From positions 1-29,899 of IMG/VR virus record IMGVR_UViG_3300012172_000013: 29,899 nt of DNA, one strand, 5' to 3'. How positions within the stretch are numbered: position 1 is the first letter of the stretch; the number at the start of each line of letters is the position of its first letter. This document shows, in pieces, positions 25,261 to 29,899 of this stretch. Source of the stretch: a virus (Duplodnaviria; Caudoviricetes). Under the pieces are notes generated by a model. It ran no database searches and was not told the origin of the DNA. It worked only from the letters and a program-made list of their open reading frames with translations. The position numbers were made by a program, and so were the translations under genes.

Positions 25261-25599
25261 ATGGCCCTACGCAACCGTAAGCAAGAAGAGACTAGCAAGC
25301 TCCTTGGTGTAAACCAAGTAGATGAAGAGTCTGACCTAGAGCTAGGTGCTTTTACTCTTCTACAGAACTGGATTCAAGCTGAGATATACTCCGTTAAGAA
25401 GAAGCGGGGAGTAACAACTCTAGCGGCTAGGTTCTTAATAACAGAAGATGAGATACAGCTTATCACAGAAGACGGGCGTCCTATTATCATAGAAGAGGGC
25501 ACAGTAACCATCCCGGATACCGTTCTACTTATCTCCACAGAAGATAGTGCACCAATCCTTATCGAAACCGGAATATCATTGACTACCGAAGGGGTCTAA
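25261..25599 (+). CDS. Nozzle-N-terminal-like segment fused to LITEDG repeats
   Basis: LLGVNQVD...LQNWI...KKKRG then LITEDE, LITEDG, ISTEDS, LIETG. Confidence 0.7.
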   Translation: MALRNRKQEETSKLLGVNQVDEESDLELGAFTLLQNWIQAEIYSVKKKRGVTTLAARFLITEDEIQLITEDGRPIIIEEGTVTIPDTVLLISTEDSAPILIETGISLTTEGV

Positions 25600-26442
25600 A
25601 TGCCAGCAGAAATTAAAGTAACAGAATTACCAGCGGGTACCGTACCTGATGATACTGACCTAGTAATGGTCGTGCAGGACGTGGCAACTACTCCTGTAAG
25701 TAAGAAGATGACACGCTCTAACTTCCTAGGTTCTAGCGCATATACAGACGAGAAGGCGCAGGATGCAGTAGGAACGATACTTAGTGATGCTGGTGATATT
25801 GATTTTGATTATGTCGATGCCACACCTTCTATCTCGGCGGCTATCAAGACGGCTTCTGTATCCTACGCTAAGATGCAGGACGTTAGTGGGGCTTCTAAGC
25901 TCCTAGGGCGTGGTAGTGCAGGCGGGGCTGGTGATGTTGAAGAGATAGCGTTAGGTAGTGGGCTTAGTATGTCCGGTACTACGCTAAGTGGCACTGTGTC
26001 TGCATATACCGATGAGCAGGCCCAAGATGCAGTAGGAACTATCCTAAGTGATGCGGGGGATATAGACTTTGACTATGCGGATGCTACCCCAGCTATCACT
26101 GCTACAGTCAAGAGTCCACTTACCATCGCTAAGATCATACTAACCCAAGGTGCAGACGTAGCTGTTAACGCACAAACTCTATCTGGCACGCTGACGTTGA
26201 CTACATCTTCCAAGCGCTATCAGTCGCTTGACCCAGACGGCTCCGCCCGTAACGTCGATCTGCCCGCTGAAGCTGAAGGGCTAGCATTCTTCATAGTTAA
26301 TAGAGGCAACGGAGCGGAAGTCATCACAGTTCGTAATGATGCAGCCGGAACCGTAGACACCATCGACAACGATGAGGGTCTTAGTGTGATCTGCGATGGC
26401 ACAAGATGGATTTCAGCTAAAGCCACCCTAGTAATTGTCTAG
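25600..26442 (+). CDS. Tail fibre protein with internal duplication
   Basis: IKVTELPA N-terminal motif; two copies of SAYTDExAQDAVGTILSDAGDIDFDYxDATP; KLLGR...GDVEEIALGSGLSMSGTTL. Confidence 0.8.
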   Translation: MPAEIKVTELPAGTVPDDTDLVMVVQDVATTPVSKKMTRSNFLGSSAYTDEKAQDAVGTILSDAGDIDFDYVDATPSISAAIKTASVSYAKMQDVSGASKLLGRGSAGGAGDVEEIALGSGLSMSGTTLSGTVSAYTDEQAQDAVGTILSDAGDIDFDYADATPAITATVKSPLTIAKIILTQGADVAVNAQTLSGTLTLTTSSKRYQSLDPDGSARNVDLPAEAEGLAFFIVNRGNGAEVITVRNDAAGTVDTIDNDEGLSVICDGTRWISAKATLVIV

Positions 26443-26443
26443 T

Positions 26444-27289
26444 ATGAAATTCTCTAAACAAAACGGCTTGTGGTTGCCAAAACCGCTACGAAACCAGCGT
26501 GGGATGGTCGCACCCGGGATTATGCCGATGACTGGTCCACAAGGGGCACCACCAAGCCCCCCACTGACTGGCCTGTTTGTCTGGCTGAAAACTCCCATCG
26601 CCGGCCTGGTTGATAATGACGTGTTTACGGACTTTGGCGTTGGTGCCGATATCCAATGGCCTGACTCAAGCGGTAATGGTTGGGATGCGGCCCATGATGC
26701 CAATGTTACTAGCCCGGTCTATCGAACGACTAGCGTTACAATCAATGGCCTTCCGGTTGTTAGCTTTAATGCAGCGATACCCCATGGAATGCACACCGAT
26801 AACATTCGGTCTGTAGCTGACGGCCTGACTGAAGCAAGTATCTACATAGTTGGGCGGATTAACAACGATCCCCCTGCTTCACAAGCTAAAGCTGGCCTAA
26901 TCACCCTTAATAATGTTGGTGACTTCCTTACGGAATTTCCGGGTGTTCTTAGTAGCGACGAGATTCTAAGCTCCACATTCCGATCCGCCCGCGTCAATAT
27001 CGGCGACCCAGCAACATCGTTAGCAAGCCCCTTTTACTATGGTGTGCTGAGCCAAAGCGCTGATTACAAAGTACGCCTGAACGGTTCTGAGATATTCTCT
27101 ACAGGTACGAACACCTTTGCTACAACAGACGCAGGCGTCCCTAGTTATCTGATTGGCCATTCCTTTTCAGGGACTTTTAACTTCTGGTATGACGGTGTTA
27201 TCGCGGAGATACTTATCTACGACCACTTCCTAGATGCCGGAGAGATTACCGACATAGAGACTTACTTAGCTGACAGATTCGCGATCTAA
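26444..27289 (+). CDS. LamG/ConA-like lectin-fold receptor-binding protein
   Basis: GLFVWL, WPDSSGNG, INGLPVVSF, DGVIAEILIYD, IETYLADRF. Confidence 0.78.
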   Translation: MKFSKQNGLWLPKPLRNQRGMVAPGIMPMTGPQGAPPSPPLTGLFVWLKTPIAGLVDNDVFTDFGVGADIQWPDSSGNGWDAAHDANVTSPVYRTTSVTINGLPVVSFNAAIPHGMHTDNIRSVADGLTEASIYIVGRINNDPPASQAKAGLITLNNVGDFLTEFPGVLSSDEILSSTFRSARVNIGDPATSLASPFYYGVLSQSADYKVRLNGSEIFSTGTNTFATTDAGVPSYLIGHSFSGTFNFWYDGVIAEILIYDHFLDAGEITDIETYLADRFAI

Positions 27290-27293
27290 TACT

Positions 27294-27824
27294 ATGCTCC
27301 GTAACCGCCAAGACGTAGAAGAGAAGAAGCTAGTAGGCGTCAACCGTGTAGCAGACCCGACTAAGCTGAAGCTTGGTACGTTTAGTGAGCTAGCTAACTG
27401 GATACAAGCTAAGCGATATAAGATTAAGAAGAAGCGTGGGCCTGAGTTGCTTAGTGGTGATGAGGATATTACTATACCCAGCCCCTGTACCATAGAAATC
27501 TCCTGCGCAGACTCTACTGCACGTGGACAACAGTCGTTGTTTCTTGAGACCCGATTCGATCAACAAAGCTCATTCCCGCCTAATGGGAATCTCAGAACCA
27601 GCTGGGGTTATATAACCGCAGCAGAAGAAGTTTGGGCTTTAATCGGGGAGGCGAGTTGTGCTGGCGGAAACATGACCTATCAATCTACATGCTGCCAGCT
27701 CAATCGTTGGCAAACTCCCCTGAGCGTTGTACACCCGGATTTGATCGAGCCTAACCCACTCAATCCGGCTATCAACACACTGACGGGTACTTCTGATGAG
27801 CCAATTTACGGGTACGTTTTCTAG
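27294..27824 (+). CDS. Second nozzle-N-terminal-like segment fused to a Cys-containing domain
   Basis: LVGVNRVA...LANWI...KKKRG, clearly paralogous to the 25261 ORF. Confidence 0.7.
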   Translation: MLRNRQDVEEKKLVGVNRVADPTKLKLGTFSELANWIQAKRYKIKKKRGPELLSGDEDITIPSPCTIEISCADSTARGQQSLFLETRFDQQSSFPPNGNLRTSWGYITAAEEVWALIGEASCAGGNMTYQSTCCQLNRWQTPLSVVHPDLIEPNPLNPAINTLTGTSDEPIYGYVF

Positions 27825-27826
27825 CC

Positions 27827-28762
27827 ATGCCTTCAACTAATGGAATAAATTTCTACTATCCTGACAGCGACACGCATGTTCTCTATGCGTATGGTACAAA
27901 TTTGTTTCCAACTTTTTCAAGCGGTGAAGGAATCTTCGCTAAACGCGATACTAAGTTTTATCTCTATAGTCACAACTCCGGTGTTGCTGAGCCTAATAAG
28001 CGCGTTCTGGAATTTGACGCCGTAAGTGGTGTCCAGCTTAATGAGTGGGATTCGATAGCGGATTTTGATATCGGGCAAATGGCGGCGACTGCTGACTTTT
28101 TATACTGCCTAGGCACGACCCAGGGTGATGCGAACGGTCAAGCACTCAAAAGGATTGATCGTGCAACAGGTTTAGTCACGGGCACATTCATGCTTGATAA
28201 TATCAGCCCCAACGCGCTTGGGCTCGTAAGCGACGACCTGATTTATGTTGTATGTAACGGAACTCCGGTAGCGCTTTACTATATCGAAAATTTTACAGAT
28301 TTGGTTTTTGTAGGCTACACACCAGGGCAAGGACTCAACCCGTTTGGCTTTGCTACGGGCGCTTTTGTTAACGGCGCTATGTATTTCGGTAGCAGCGGGT
28401 TCGGTGGATTCAGCGTCGATATTTTCAGAATCACCGTCGAGTGCCCAGACGGCGGTGCAGTGATCGCCTCGGTCAGTCGAGATGCTAGTTCAGTTGCAGC
28501 GGGTAGCCCGATCAACGTGAGTTGGGCCGATGTTTTAACACCTGATGCAGGTGATACAATCCAATTGCACAGTGCACCAGCTGGCGATGATTTGGGGTTC
28601 ACTGGGGCTTCGCTGATTGACTCTCAACCAACGGATGGACTCGGAACCAGCTCCATAGTTTATACAATTCCTGGGGGCACGCCAGCAGGAACTTACGTTT
28701 TTACATACGCCGCGCTAGATTCTATTTATGTGGCGATAAGCCCTACTTTCACAGTGACCTGA
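27827..28762 (+). CDS. Putative receptor-binding protein (beta-propeller-like + Ig-like C-terminus)
   Basis: Beta-rich repeats (RIDRATG); C-terminal INVSW...TIPGGTPAGTYVFTY...SPTFTVT. Confidence 0.65.
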   Translation: MPSTNGINFYYPDSDTHVLYAYGTNLFPTFSSGEGIFAKRDTKFYLYSHNSGVAEPNKRVLEFDAVSGVQLNEWDSIADFDIGQMAATADFLYCLGTTQGDANGQALKRIDRATGLVTGTFMLDNISPNALGLVSDDLIYVVCNGTPVALYYIENFTDLVFVGYTPGQGLNPFGFATGAFVNGAMYFGSSGFGGFSVDIFRITVECPDGGAVIASVSRDASSVAAGSPINVSWADVLTPDAGDTIQLHSAPAGDDLGFTGASLIDSQPTDGLGTSSIVYTIPGGTPAGTYVFTYAALDSIYVAISPTFTVT

Positions 28763-29112
28763 TGCCTCAGCCCCGATTGTTTCCAAGAACCAACGGTACA
28801 CCAGAAGCCCCTGCTATACAAAGAACGGCGAGAGCTAAGCAGCAGGCAATAGCACGGGCTAATACTAGAGCTAAACTGCTGGTCTATGCTACAGAGTTAG
28901 GCGTACCCCTCCCTACGCTCCTAATGGCTGGTATATGGCTAAGCAAGAAGAAATGCCCATACTGTGAGCTAGGTAATCGTGTCCTTCGCCAGATTAAGCT
29001 ATTAGGTAAAGAGAAAGCCATAGCGGTCCTTACGCAGATACTAGAAGCAAAATCAAGAAAAGACTACGCTACTCTAATTCAGATCAGAGAAGAGCTAAAT
29101 GCCGGCAATTAA
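28762..29112 (+). CDS. Hypothetical basic protein (CPYC)
   Basis: ORF track; TGATG overlap. Confidence 0.7.
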   Translation: MPQPRLFPRTNGTPEAPAIQRTARAKQQAIARANTRAKLLVYATELGVPLPTLLMAGIWLSKKKCPYCELGNRVLRQIKLLGKEKAIAVLTQILEAKSRKDYATLIQIREELNAGN

Positions 29113-29899
29113 GCACATACACACCTATAGGCGGCCTGGGGAAGTAGACCTACTACTCTCGTGGCAGACCCGTACAGATGATACAGATGGGTTATTCCTA
29201 TGGAATGGCACAGGCTGGACTCTCATATGGGAGCTAGAAGGCACCGACCTAATTTACGATTCTGTTACCTGGAAGAGCAAGGTATTCTGGTGTGACGGCA
29301 AGCACCATATCTGGTGGTACGATGCGGACTTTGATCTTATCTGTGAAGTTGAAGAATCACCGCCTGTCCAGTACCTAATAGTCTTCCAAGAGCGCCTTGT
29401 CGGTGCAGGGGATGCTAGGACCAAGGAAGAGATAGAAGCTGCTAGCCTAGTATGGCCTGCTGACTCCAACAGAGACCGCGTGCTATGGTCCGAAGCCCTA
29501 GACTTCGAGCGCTGGGCGCCTAATAACTTTATCGACGCCCAGACCGGCAACGGTGAGACTATTAGCGGACTAGGAGTTAACTCCATCACGTCCTCAGACC
29601 GGGGTGCTCAGAGCCAGCTCGTAGTCTTCAAGCCTAGCTCGGTACTTATCAACGATGGTGTGCTCGGCGCTGCTGAGCAGAGACTAAACATCGTCAGTGA
29701 AGTTATAGGCTGCCCGGGCTATCATAGCATCGTCAATACCCCCTTCGGACTCATGTTCGGTGCTCGTGAGACCGTGTGCTTGATCGATACGAACGCTAAA
29801 GAACCTAATCAAGTTGGTTTCTTCATCAACCCTGATATACGGAAGACCCGCAACGACTTTAGCTTACAACGCTGGCAGGCTGCGATATTACACGATAAC
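29099..29899 (+). CDS. Tail nozzle / DNA-stabilisation protein (P22 gp10/T7 gp12-like beta-propeller), lacking its usual N-terminal segment; runs off right edge
   Basis: Not in ORF track; hand translation MPAIKHIHTYRRPG...FQERLVGAG...RVLWSEALDFERW...GETISGL...LVVFKPSS...IGCPGYHSIV. Confidence 0.8.
   Translation, partial: MPAIKHIHTYRRPGEVDLLLSWQTRTDDTDGLFLWNGTGWTLIWELEGTDLIYDSVTWKSKVFWCDGKHHIWWYDADFDLICEVEESPPVQYLIVFQERLVGAGDARTKEEIEAASLVWPADSNRDRVLWSEALDFERWAPNNFIDAQTGNGETISGLGVNSITSSDRGAQSQLVVFKPSSVLINDGVLGAAEQRLNIVSEVIGCPGYHSIVNTPFGLMFGARETVCLIDTNAKEPNQVGFFINPDIRKTRNDFSLQRWQAAILHDN

Noticed and set aside
25736-26100. Diversity-generating retroelement TR/VR pair
   Set aside because: Differences between the two repeats are mostly synonymous and not adenine-specific; no reverse transcriptase; an ordinary fibre repeat
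26444-26530. Type IV prepilin-like leader (RNQRG-M)
   Set aside because: No Glu+5 or hydrophobic helix follows; the rest is a lectin-fold virion protein
27822-27829. Stop-codon readthrough or TAG recoding fusing the 27294 and 27827 ORFs
   Set aside because: The ORFs are in different frames; long genes elsewhere translate cleanly in code 11
12334-29589. Minus-strand ORFs in the right arm (e.g. 17906-18367, 19914-20528, 22976-23578)
   Set aside because: Antisense shadows of structural genes

Overview
A 29.9 kb piece of a tailed, podovirus-like temperate phage genome, probably non-integrated because attP is intact. The left arm (1-10.3 kb, minus strand) carries a family A DNA polymerase (truncated at the window edge), a TOPRIM primase, a sigma-region-2-only protein, a tyrosine integrase, a peptidase-like protein, a MoxR/CobS-type AAA + vWA-like pair and many small ORFs. 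A repeat-rich, largely non-coding 1.5 kb divider (10.3-11.8 kb) follows. The right arm (plus strand) carries TerS, a tRNA-Ala, terminase pieces, two glycosyltransferases, portal, scaffold, major capsid, fibres, adaptor and tail nozzle. The most striking pattern is that three normally single-chain proteins appear cut into separate genes with unrelated genes between the pieces and no inteins. (1) TerL is split after the coupling motif, with the halves in reversed order. (2) The UDG-like domain of the polymerase is split. (3) The first ~55 aa of the tail nozzle are detached and present twice, each fused to a different module. Also notable are an attP (3' half of tRNA-Ser-CGA) inside the integrase gene, which would swap an amphipathic C-terminal tail on integration, and a tRNA-Ala with an inverted C19-G56 elbow pair. 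All family calls come from motif recognition by eye; no searches were run.
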